A model generated the notes under the pieces. It ran no database searches. It was given only the letters and a program-made list of their open reading frames with translations, and was not told where the DNA came from. Shown piece after piece: positions 1 to 11,037 of a DNA stretch of 64,000 bases; the stretch's first letter is position 1; every line of letters begins with the position of its first letter. Source of the DNA: Dimorphilus gyrociliatus (taxonomy: Eukaryota; Animalia; Annelida); assembly GCA_904063045.1 (NCBI GenBank), contig CAJFCJ010000005.1:4183689-4247688 (forward strand), given 5' to 3'. Made by a program: the position numbers and the translations under genes.

Positions 1-61
1 TTTGATTTCAGGGCCTATCAAAGCTCTTCTAATTCTGATGTGATGCAACAAAGGACTGATC

Positions 62-1443
62 ATGGGAAAAGCATCTAGTAAGAGTAAACTGAGTAAGGAA
101 GATTTGGACTTTTTACTCACCAACACAAACTTTAACAAACGCCAGATAAAGCAGTGGTATAAGGGCTTTATGGTGAGTACATCATTTGTCGTCGTTTTCC
201 TTCCCTCTTTCCCCTTCTCTCTTCACTTGTTTGTCTATCTAACTATTTATCTAACTGTCCGTCCCTCTCCGCACTCTCTTTACTCTCTGTCTGCCTGTCT
301 CTGTCTGTCTCCCTTGCTCTATCTCTCACGTTCTCTTCTCGTTCTGTTTTTCTTTTCAAGTATTTCCCTTTGCTCTCTTTCTCTCTTTTTTACTCCTCCC
401 TTCTCTATCTCTCTATATATCTCTCTCTCTCTCTTCTCTCTCTTCTCTCTCTTCTCTCTGTATCTCGCTCAGTACACCTATATATCTAGCACACACATAT
501 TTTTATCCCTTTTTCGTTTGCTATTTTCTCTCTCTATCTCTTTCTCTCTCTCTCTAACTCTCAATTTAACTCATCTCTATTCTTATTGCTCTCGGCCTAT
601 CTTTTTCCTCATGCAATCTCGTAGTCATCCACTTTCTGTCTCGCTCTGTTTCCCTTTCTCCTTCTCACCATGTCTCTTTTTACTATTTTTGTTTGGCCCC
701 ATGAGATTTCGGCCTTATCGCCTAACCGACGCTAGACGTTGACCTTTTTCTCGCTCTTTACTTTATAAATGTTGTTTTGTTTTTTTCATTCGCGCAGCGC
801 GATTGCCCATCTGGTCAACTGACTAGAAAGAAATTCCTCGAAGTCTACTCGGGTTTCTTCCCAGAAGGAAATGCCGAAAAATTCTGCGAGCATGTCTTTC
901 GAACCTTCGATTCGGATAATTCGGGCAGAATCGATTTCAAGGAGTTCCTATTAGCCATTAATATAACTTCAGCCGGTAAACCCGAAGAGAAGTTAGAATG
1001 GGCGTTCCAGATGTACGATATAAACGGTGATGGGACGATCGACGTGAAGGAGATGGTGGAAATTATTACGGTAGGTAGTTGTAAGTGCCCTTAAAATGCT
1101 GTCATATCGATCAATAAGGCAGCACTGATGGTATTGCGGTTCTTCTCTTTTATATACCGACGCGCTAAAACCTGGCTTAGTTCGCCTCTTTTGTACTCTG
1201 CTTAAATAATTGCTTTAAAATCATTTTCTTTATTTTTCATAGGCTATTTACAATATGGTTAGCTCGTCTCTGGCGCAAAATAATCCAGAGGATACACCAG
1301 AACGACGGACTGCGGAAATCTTTGATAAGATGGACGAAAATAAGGACGGAGTTTTAAGCAAAGAAGAATTTATCAAAGGCTGCATGAACGATCAGTTCCT
1401 TTATCAGATGCTCACTGCAGACCAGTCCGGCTTCGAACAGTGA
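62..1443 (+). CDS. ncs-2: Neuronal calcium sensor 2-like (NCS/frequenin/recoverin family), 194 aa, 3 coding exons
   Basis: Exons 62-172 (donor gtgagt), 798-1070 (donor gtaggt), 1243-1443. N-myristoylation start MGKASSK, disabled EF1 (DCPSG), and EF loops [36 protein letters not shown]. Closely resembles recalled invertebrate NCS-2 (LSKEDLxFL...[10 protein letters not shown]...KLEWAF). Confidence 0.93.
173..797. repeat. CT-rich low-complexity intron of NCS-2
   Basis: Mostly C/T with (CT)n runs. It explains the L/S/F-rich read-through ORF 62-742. Confidence 0.85.
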
Positions 1444-2035
1444 CGCTTACTTAACACATTCCTTGCACAGTTTTTATTTTGTTTTTTTTTTTTAAAACGT
1501 TCATTTTTTATCTCTCTCTCTCCTCTCTCTCTCTTTTTCTCTACAAAACTCTGGAAAATCTTTTCTCGCTGTTTTTTAAAAAAAAAGTGAAGCGGTTTTA
1601 TTTTTTTTCTTTTAGAGTTTGGTCACGCAATTCCTCCTCATAATTAAAATAATGTCTACTATATATATATATATACAGTATATATACAGTATGCGCTATA
1701 TGTATGTATATATGTATATATAGATCTTTCATTATTTGATTTGTTTTTACTCATTCATCTACTCTTTTCTTAGCTTTTTATTGACTCAGGTCAGTTGTAA
1801 CCAAATTCTAAAAAACCAACTGTAATAGTTAACATTTCTCTATTTACCTTTGTAATTAAGCTGTATGTACGTATATGTTCATCATAATCATCATCTAAAG
1901 CACGATGTGTTTATAGGCGATTTTACTATTTATCATTAATTTGCGTGCGAAACGACGACCTACGGCATAATTACTGCAATCTCTCTCCATCAACGAAAAA
2001 CAGCGTTCTTGATTTGGCTCAGTTTTTTTTTGTGC

Positions 2036-2036
<1 letters not shown>

Positions 2037-2108
<72 letters not shown>

Positions 2109-2250
2109 ATATGTACGTATGTATTAGTAGATACATTAATGTATATGTATATGTATATATATATCTATCTATCTATATATATATATATGTATACGTATAT
2201 ATGTATATATATATTTGTATATATACATATGCGAGTGTATATATACTTTA
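2037..2250. repeat. Compound (TA)n/(ATATGT)n microsatellite
   Basis: Direct inspection; source of the YI/MY-repeat ORFs 1945-2127 and 2009-2251. Confidence 0.95.
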
Positions 2251-3195
2251 GTATAAATTCTATATGCGTACGCTTAACTTGCTTACGTTCGTAGACGTTC
2301 CGTAAATAAGAATTTTAATAGGCATTGTTCTCGCGGCGAGAATTAAATAAAGGGAAAAAATGGATTCGTAGAACAGTAAGAGCCACAAATTACGGGACAA
2401 TACAGAAATAGGCTTCATTCATTATTCAAAGTCTTTGATGAAAAAGACAGGCGTTAACGTTCCCTTTCTGTTAAATTACATACACCAAACGCCCGCGAAT
2501 CCGAACGTAAAAAACAACGAGACGGCATTACTAACGAAGCTTTCCGATCGATTTACTTGTTGGACGGCGTTGATGAGAATTGATTATGAAGGGATGGTCG
2601 AAGAGGAGTTTGTCAGATCGCCCCGGGACACGACTAGGCCTATGAGGCTCTATAGTGCTTAATTAGACGAAGCGCGCGATTGAAAATATATTCACAACTG
2701 TATATGGTTCGTGTTTTATTTATGTGCTTCGAGTGTTGCTCGACACCTCTGCTCTTAAGTTTTTTTACTGTTGAGAATTGATTACCGGTGAAGAAATCTT
2801 CTCATCGAGAAAGCTCCTTCTCTTCTTCCTTCTCTTTTTTCGCTGTCACACATACACTCACTTCACTCTATCCTTCCTCCTATGCAGTTATGAATAATTT
2901 TGTTTATCATTTAGCTCAACAGATGGCGCGTATTTTTACTTTAAATACAAAAAGTACACATTTTACATTAAGCCAGACCATATTAATGAGGATATCTATT
3001 TCACGAAAAATGATTTACTTTTAACAAACATATAATACTACCATTGCTAGACGGTATCAAAACACAGCGGTTACCCGTAAAAACCCGTGGGCGAACGAGG
3101 TAGAGCGAAAATATAAACAGTGCCCCTTTCCAAACGAAATCTTTGTACAGCACGAAAATAAAAACCCTGAGACCGAACTTAAGCACGTCCATAAG

Positions 3196-4808
3196 CTACT
3201 CGTGTACAACGGTGAACGAGCAAGGCGTCTCTTCGCAAACTACATCAGGTTTTTGAGAAACAACTTGTACATTAGATTTCATTCTTTCAAATCTTGAATG
3301 AATAGTCAATGCTGACGGTCTGGCTTCGTCTTCGTCCATGCATTCGAGTATAGTCTCTACAATAATATCTCGCATTACGCGATCCTTATTCCAATGCTCC
3401 ATCGTTTCTGGTTTCTTCTTTTCCAATACGACACATTGGTGGAGGGCACTGAGCAGAGGCTGTAAGCCAACTTCCGCCTCAAAAGGCAATCTATAATCCA
3501 ACGGTTTTGGTGCATTCGGAATAGACGTTCTCCAGGCTATTTCCCAAATAATTAGACCAACAGCGTAGATGTCAATACGCTTAAATGCTTCATTCAAAGG
3601 CGTTTTGATGGTACCCTGAAGAACTTCCGGCGACATATATCGCCTGGTGCCCACCTGTATGGCGTTTTCAAACGAGGCGTTGTTAAGACGAAGCGCCAAT
3701 CCAAAATCAGCAATGCAAGGTGTCAGATCGCTTCTAAGTAACACGTTTTTCGACTTCATGTCGCGATGAGCAACAGCGGGTTTCAATTCATGATGCAAGT
3801 AAACTAACCCAGAAGCTATTCCATGCCATATAGTTACAGATTCATTAAAACTGGGAGTGTGTTCTTTTAAATAGTCGTATAAAGAACCGAAAGGATAGAG
3901 TTCAGTTACTAAACACAAGTCGCCGTCGGATTGTTTGCAGGCACCAATAAAGTGACAAATATGAGGATGAGGTAGTGAAGTTTTATAGAATGTCTTTTCA
4001 TTTCTCCAAGATTCGTAATCATGGACTGGAAGCATTTTTACAGCCACGGTTTTCTTACCATTCATTTCAGCTCGATAAACTTTTCCATATCTTCCATGAG
4101 CTATTATCTCAGATAATTTCAGATCGAAATCGTCGCATTCATCTTCATCGCATTCTGCATCATTAAACAATTCACATTGTTCGTGTTTGGCGGAAAGCAG
4201 TCTCCTCAATTGGTGTTTACGCCACAAATAGTAGCACATTGCAATGACAAAAGTTAAGACGATAAGAGGTACAATGGCGCATAGAATAATTCTTAATATT
4301 GCGTATTCTGCAATAGATTCTAGTCTCTCCGAAGGTACCGTTGTGCGTCTTTTAATTGAATCAATAAAATGGAGGCGACTATTACAATAGTCAGTAGTAC
4401 AACAACAGGTCCCAAAATTTTTATCAGACTTTGAAGAACTGTAGGCAGTACAATTATTATCAAAAATACACTTTGTACCACTGTCCCATTGAAAGCAATT
4501 TTTAATTTGGATGACAGCTTCATCGCCAACCATTACGAAGCCAAGTATGCAATAATCGTGATTTTGAGGACATTCTTTCCTTGTTAGGGTTGTATTGCAA
4601 TTTTCTCCGTTATTACAGTAATTTTCGCAATGTAAAAGAGTACACACTAAAAATAAGATAGAATTTATTTAGAAATGAACAAACCGTAAACCAAGTGCAG
4701 TAAAAAAGGAATGATTAAACTGCTACAATGCGTCATTAAGCTAGAAATCTTTTACTCACCTTTAAAACAAAATATAAAGATAAAAACTGTTAAATTATAC
4801 TTGATCAT
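3196..4808 (-). CDS. TGF-beta superfamily type II receptor Ser/Thr kinase (activin receptor type II/punt-like), about 499 aa
   Basis: Signal-peptide exon 4808-4760 (MIKYNLTVFIFIFCFK, donor gtgagt, phase 1) joins exon 4646-3196. Cys-rich ectodomain ending CCCTTDYCN, one TM helix, kinase motifs GRYGKV, VAVK, HRDMKSKN, DFGLA, QVGTRRYMSPE. No GS box, so type II; no long BMPR2-type tail. Confidence 0.9.
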
Positions 4809-5462
4809 TTTAAAATATATATAATTCGAACGTTGTAGAGTATTCCCTCCAAAGAATCATTTGTTTTGTAAACAACAAAACACTTACTACGAAAATGGCG
4901 TACTATGTAGGCGGACTGCCCGTATGTTGGCGCATTCTGCAGATGGCGCTAAATTTAAATATATTGATTGAGTGCTTAGCTTATTTCTCTTATATCCCAA
5001 ACACTTTTCTTTTGTTTCTTGCTTATTCAATTCAATTAAAAGATAAGTTTAACTCGTAAAATGCACATTGTAAATAGAGCACAATCGCAATGATTGAGCA
5101 ATATATTTATTCATCACATATATTAGCACTTGATTTGCCTCTGTTCTAACCTTTCTTTTTTTCTTCAAGTGCCCTTCTTTTTTTTGGTTTTTCTACAGAT
5201 TTTTTTTAACCGTTCAATGTGAAAAAAAATCAACAAAATACGAAGTCGAAAATATAGATATGAACACTAAAGAAAAATCCCATTTGCAAATTGCAATACA
5301 AACATTCTTAAGCTCGTCATTCAAGTGACGTTTCTAAGTTATCCAGAGAATATGTATCAGCTATTTACAAACGCATAATTCTCACCCCAAAAATTAACAC
5401 AAAAATATATATCATATATACAAGGAAAAACTTAATTTGAACAAAATATATGAAAAAATATT

Positions 5463-8400
5463 CTATCTTCTCCAAGACCTATCCTCGTCTTCGTCCTCTT
5501 CGTCTTGGAGTAAATGTGCTGCGATAGCGCTCGCTTCTTCCTGAGAAACATTGACATTTCCTGTCGGACTTTTCAGCGCATTCGAATTTTCACTTGTTAC
5601 AGGAGGGGGAGGAGCAACAGCTTCTTCAGCCAATTGAACCCAATTAAATGAAACAGACGTGCCGGTACTTAGCATTTGGGAAGCACTTTTAATTGCCTTT
5701 TCCGCTTCAGTTCGGGTGTTAAACTCAACAATAAATTCATTGCAATCTTCAGAATCCTCTATGTGCTGTACTTTCGCGCAATGCTGTTATGATTATATAG
5801 TAGATTGTTAAAAGGAGAATGCAAACAAAATTTCCCCCTACTTTCTCTATCCTTGCACCCCCCGCCATAAAAAAAGAGTCTGTAAAAACAACAAAAACAA
5901 AATACCTGGATAATTTTCAGTACTTTTTGCTTCTCGTGTTTCTCTCTACAACCAACTACCTGAACTCGTTTTGTTCGCTTATCTAAGGACCTTGTTGCTA
6001 CAGATGGTGTTGCCAACCCCAAAGCTGCTGCCTAAAATAATTATCAGTTATTTTTAGTAAGTTCTGCCTCGATTAAATGATATCAATTTACCAACCTGAG
6101 ACTTCAATTGTGCAAGTCTAATTCGTAAGGCATTCCTATCATCCAGTTCAGTTGTTTCTGCTTCCACTTCGTGCAACGCTTTTGATTTACTAGCATAAAT
6201 AAGATCCAACTCTGTATCAAGTAATTTCCTTTTGGCATCCAACGGAGAGGATAAAACAGGAGTAGTTAGTAATTTTGGTTTTTTCGACCCATTTGCCTCG
6301 CTAACCACAATGTTTATTGGCGGCGGTCGTTTCTTATTTGAGGAATTTTTTTCGCTTTCCGCAGCTTTCTTTTTCGCGTCAATACCCTTTTCCAACTCTT
6401 CAGTCATTTTCGATATAGTTGACTGCAGCTGTTTAACCGTCTTTATAAGCTCATTCTTCTCTTCACCCTTTGGTGAACCGTCAATTTTTTGTAAAATCTT
6501 TTTTTGTTCTTGAATAAGCGACTCAATTAATGACCGTTTCTTCTTCTCGAAATCTAAAGATTTTTTCATCATTTCTTTCTGTTGCTGCTTAAGCATTTTG
6601 GTGGTAGGTTTCCTAATCAGGGTTCTTTTCGTCATTACAGCAGGTGTAACTGAATCTTGTTTATTGGACTTCTCCTCTTTAGTATCGTCGTTACTAGTAT
6701 CTTCGTGCTTGTTCTCTACATCTTGATTATCAGATTTCTGCTTTCTATCAGCATCTTGAGGTAAAACAACTTTTGGAAAATCCTCTTTTTCTTGATCAGG
6801 AAGTGGACCAAGGCGATCTCTAACAGAACCTTTACCATTTCCCCCACCAACACCTCCTGCGTATTGAACGATAGAATTGTGCCAGAACACTTTAATAAAT
6901 CTATTATTTAAGACAGGCATTGGCGATTTATATGCAGCTTCTGCCTGATCTCTAGTTCGAAAAGTAATAACAGCTGCAGATGGGTCATTTTCGTAGCAAA
7001 CTTGAAGATTTTTAATTATACCAAATCTTGAAAAATGTTGGTTAAGTTTTAAAATATTATTTAAGTGAGCTGGTATTTTTCTAACTTCCAGAGAGGTTGA
7101 CTGTTTTTGGTTTTCACCTAGTATCCGATTTCCCATTTTTCCTTCAGTGGGAATGTTGACTAAATTCGACTGATGCATTTTTTTAGGACTATTTTCATTG
7201 AAGGCTCGTAGGAAAGGGCGTGTATTATATGGGGGATGTTGTGATGGATCGAACATATTCGGAGCACCAAAGTGAGGTCCGATAGGAGGAGGGTGAGGAA
7301 ACGATTGTGGAAGTATAGGAGGCGGAACAGGATGAGGAGGCGGTGGAGCCGCTGGCCTTTGTCCTTGGTAGCCCAAAACGCTAGTTAAGTTAACATCATC
7401 AACAACAACTGGATCGAATCCGTGATCGTAAGGACATTGATCTCCTCTAACACAAAACCCTTTTTCATCATAGTCCCTGCATCGATTTCTCTTTGAGTTT
7501 TTTCCTTCTACAGGCAGTGGATCAGGTCGGGGTGTTGAACTACGGGAATTTTTACCGGATGACCGAGCTCTCCGCCTAGGTGAACTGCCTAAACTTGATG
7601 ATATTGAAGCAGGGCTCTTGCTGAGAGATCGTGAGCGAGTACGGCGTAGTGGCGATCGGGAATGTGACCTACGGGGTGAAAAGCTTCTTTTTTTGTTTCC
7701 ATATCTATTGCTTCTGCCAAGACGATTTGCAAATCTATTAGGAGGAGACCAACGTATCGGTGACCGTCTATAGCGTGGTTGACGATTGTAGTCGGGGTGT
7801 CTTCCTGGCCTTGATCGTCTATCGTCCTCTCGAGGTCGATCGGTGGGTTTTCTATCATCCCGTTCATCATATCTCCTTCTAAAATTAGTAAAATAGAAAT
7901 TATACAATCAAAATAAACAAGTTTATATAGAAAACTGTTAAATTTACCCTAAACGATCTTTCGCTGAGGGCCTTTTCGATGATTGGTTTTTGTCCAATGC
8001 ACGTGCTCCACGATCATGTCCTTCGATCTATTAAAATGATAAATTAATGTAATTAAATAGAATGCAATATAATACAAATTATTTACAGTTTTTCCGTGTC
8101 TATCTTTGGGTAATTCTGGTACATATTCTTCTGCATTTACAACCGATCTGCTATCTACAATATTTGCTTTTATTGTACCATCTTCTTCATTATTATCAAT
8201 ATAAGTTTTATTTTCCAGAACATCAAATAACTTGTCTACAAATTGAGTTGTGGCTGATAAGTTAAAAAAAAAGAAAGAAAAACAATATTAATACTGCTCA
8301 AAATAGGAGACTGGCAATAACATTGTATTTGAAATTTACCATCGTTCAAAAACACTTCCAATTGTTCCTGGCACGAATTTCTTAATTCACTAGTTGGTTT

Positions 8401-8598
8401 ATCCTTTTTGATTAGAGCCACTACATATTTCGCTAATGCAGACGGTTCACCGTCAACTCTATTTAAACAAATATAATGTTCTACACTTTAGTCTGAATAG
8501 ATTAAACGCTTTTGGTATTGAAAATCGGCTACTTACATCGGCTTCAATGCTTTTATTAACCATTCTCTGAGAGATCCGTAATCATGAGTAGAAGTCAT
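5463..8598 (-). CDS. RBM26: RNA-binding protein 26/27 (PWI, RS-rich region, CCCH finger, 2 RRMs)
   Basis: Exons about 8598-8537, 8458-8340, 8253-8087, 8027-7948, 7878-6096, 6031-5906, 5783-5463 with consistent phases. PWI SLREWLIKALKPIVDGEPSALAKYVVALIKKDK; CCCH RCRDYDEKGFCVRGDQCPYDHG; RRM1 SLEVRKIPAHLNNILKLNQHFSRFG; RRM2 IVEFNTRTEAEKA. RBM26 and RBM27 cannot be distinguished (probably a single co-orthologue). Confidence 0.92.
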
Positions 8599-8723
8599 AT
8601 TTTTCAATTGCGTTCGTGTAACGCTACAATACTAGACAACGGAATACCGAATGGCGATATATTCTTTAAGCGATATTCCTTAATATCGATATCGACGATT
8701 TATCCTATTTCCTGTGAGGACAA

Positions 8724-8733
8724 TGCGCATGCG
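8724..8733. promoter_or_regulatory. NRF1/EWG-like palindromic site TGCGCATGCG in the RBM26-PHF20 divergent gap
   Basis: Matches the core of the YGCGCAYGCGCR consensus; lies between head-to-head ATGs at 8598 and 9396. Confidence 0.5.
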
Positions 8734-9395
8734 TATTAGTGGACATTACAATTTTCGCCCATCAGAACACTATTCTGTTTTTAGGCCTTGACGATTTAGT
8801 TCAGTTATATTTGAATTCAGGATTATAATTGGTTTTATTCATTTATAATAACCAAAATGGATATGACGTTTGCATAAGTGGTGAGCTTAAAACTTAAAAT
8901 GCATCAATTGCACTTTAATATCTTTCAAATTCTCTTCGCTTTGTTCTACTTTCCTCTTCAATAATTCTTTTCCAAATTCTCACCACTTAATAAGCCTAAC
9001 TAGTGTTTTATAAGGTTTTTATTTCAAACTTACTTAAATTTTATGATTGCAACATTTACATTTGCTGGAATTAATTCTATTTGTTTATAAAACTTGATCA
9101 AATTCAAAATTTGGACAATTTTTAAGATGGAATAAAACAAAATGTCTTACACTATCATTTACCACGAACGGCCAGAAATGATATTTGTAGTAAAAGATTA
9201 AGTGTATTCGAATCGAAAATAGTGCCCTGTTTATTTGCAAGATTATGAAAAGTGTGATTAAATGTTCTGCCTTCTTTTTGAAAGTATCGCATTCGACTGC
9301 GAATACAATACCACTCTAAATTTCTGACACAGTGTATTGTTGTCCTATTTTTCACCTGGCTCAATAATTCGCACACAAATTTTATTTTCAAATTC

Positions 9396-10915
9396 ATGCC
9401 ACAGAGAGGAAAGATCGCATTCGCAGTTGGTGGAAAAGTTGAAGTATTCGACAACAATAAGTGGTATACGGCCAAAATTGTAGCTGTTAACTCGGGGGAG
9501 GAAAAGATACTGGTGCATTTTGAAGGTTGGAACGAACGTTATGATAGTTGGTATGATATGGATAGCGACGAAATAAGATCGAGTAAATCGGAAAAATCTT
9601 CTGAAAAAAAACAAACCGATAAAAAATCTATAGAGTTTAAAGTTGGTGATTATGTCTTAGCTAAATGGATAGATTGCAGACGATATCCGGCTAAAATACA
9701 ACAAGTAAACAATGATGGAACTTACCAAGTGCTTTTCGATGATGGTGTTAATATGACAGTCCAGGGAATAAATGTAAAAGCAATGGATTCAACCATGAGG
9801 AAACAATATGCTCGAAAGATCCCAACTAAGTCAAAGAGAAACGGGAAAACTATTTATAAGTGCCCTGAATGCTCCAAAGCTTTCCGTAAACAAGCTCTAG
9901 TTGATTCCCACATTAAGCATATTCACTCATCACAACAAACGATCGATAGATCAGCCAAGCAAGACTTAGGTAGTCCTGATCAAAAGAAAAGGAAAACAAA
10001 TTTAAGTACCTGTTCCGAACTATCAGTTGGCAATGATGAAATAGCTAAGAGTGAGGAGCAAAGCGATGAAGATGACTATGAAGAAGAGGTTGTAAATTGT
10101 GCTTGTATGGATAATGAAGAAAATGGATTGATAATACAATGTGAAAGTTGTTTTTGTTGGCAACATACGGTTTGTAAAGATAAAAAAAGATTTATTTATG
10201 ATCATTCCATTACAATTACAGAAAATAATCTTAATTCTTAATACAGGCTTGCTTAGGATATCAAGATATCCCTACTACTTACTATTGCTACGTTTGCCTA
10301 AATTGTCCACGGGTTAGAGAATCGCAACGATACGCTTACGACCAAGAATGGTTGAAGAAAGGACATTTCCCATCTTTAACAACCCCTAGTAAAGTTGCAG
10401 CTGCCCTACGTGCTTCAACAAATGAAATATCAGCAAATTTAATCAATATTGGAAATGCCATAACAGCAACAGACAGACAATGGTGCTCTTTACTAAAGAG
10501 AAAACTGAAAAAACCAGAAGAGAATATAGACAAATCAAAAGAAACTCCAAATGAAGAAAATCAAACTATAAACGATACAAAAAATGATACTTTACCAGTA
10601 AATGGTATTGTCGAAGGAGAAAAAGACAACGAAGAACAAACTGAACAAGAGGCTAATGAAGAAGTTTGCGATGAGAATAGGGATAAAATAATTAAGGAAT
10701 TACAGAAAAATTGTGATTTACTAGATAATCAGCTCACGGAATTAGATAGTAGATTGGCTGTTATTGAGAAAGCTAGCGCTTCCAACAACAAATTTAACGT
10801 ATTAAATTCATCAACAGATTCTTCTAGCTTAGTAAAACTGTTACAAAAGCACGTTGTAGACTTACGAATTTTAAAAAAATTGTCAGCAATTTGCTCTGGA
10901 GGTAAATTGTCTTAA
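9396..10915 (+). CDS. PHF20: PHF20/PHF20L1 (MBD-R2-like NSL complex subunit): 2 Tudor domains, C2H2 finger, PHD finger; about 480 aa
   Basis: Exons 9396-10169 and 10247-10915 (77-nt intron). Tudor1 WYTAKIV...LVHFEGWNERYDSW; Tudor2 FKVGDYVLAKWIDCRRYPAKI; C2H2 CPECSKAFRKQALVDSHIKHIH; PHD split by the intron VNCAC...QCESCFCWQHT|ACLG...YYCYVC. Confidence 0.88.
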
Positions 10916-11037
10916 TGCGGAAAGTACTTATCTGCTTACTCTATCTATATTTATGTATATATTTATATATATATATATATATAATCAACTATAATTTTTT
11001 ATGCATTATTTCAAAGTAATGATGTGTAAAATTGTCT

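Noticed and set aside
62-742. 226-aa ORF from the NCS-2 start
   Set aside because: Reads through the donor at 173 into a CT-rich intron; only the first 37 codons are real.
2435-2662. 75-aa ORF in a moderately GC-rich patch
   Set aside because: No recognisable motif or splice context; more likely 3'UTR or regulatory sequence. Not excluded without RNA data.
5759-5905. Continuation of ORF 5759-6022 (VFCFCCF...)
   Set aside because: Intron sequence; the alternative acceptor at 5880 would give a 26-nt intron, while the acceptor at 5784 restores RRM2.
8684-8691. DRE-like TATCGATA (also at 55577 and 61618)
   Set aside because: About 2-3 copies are expected by chance at this AT content, and one copy is in coding sequence.
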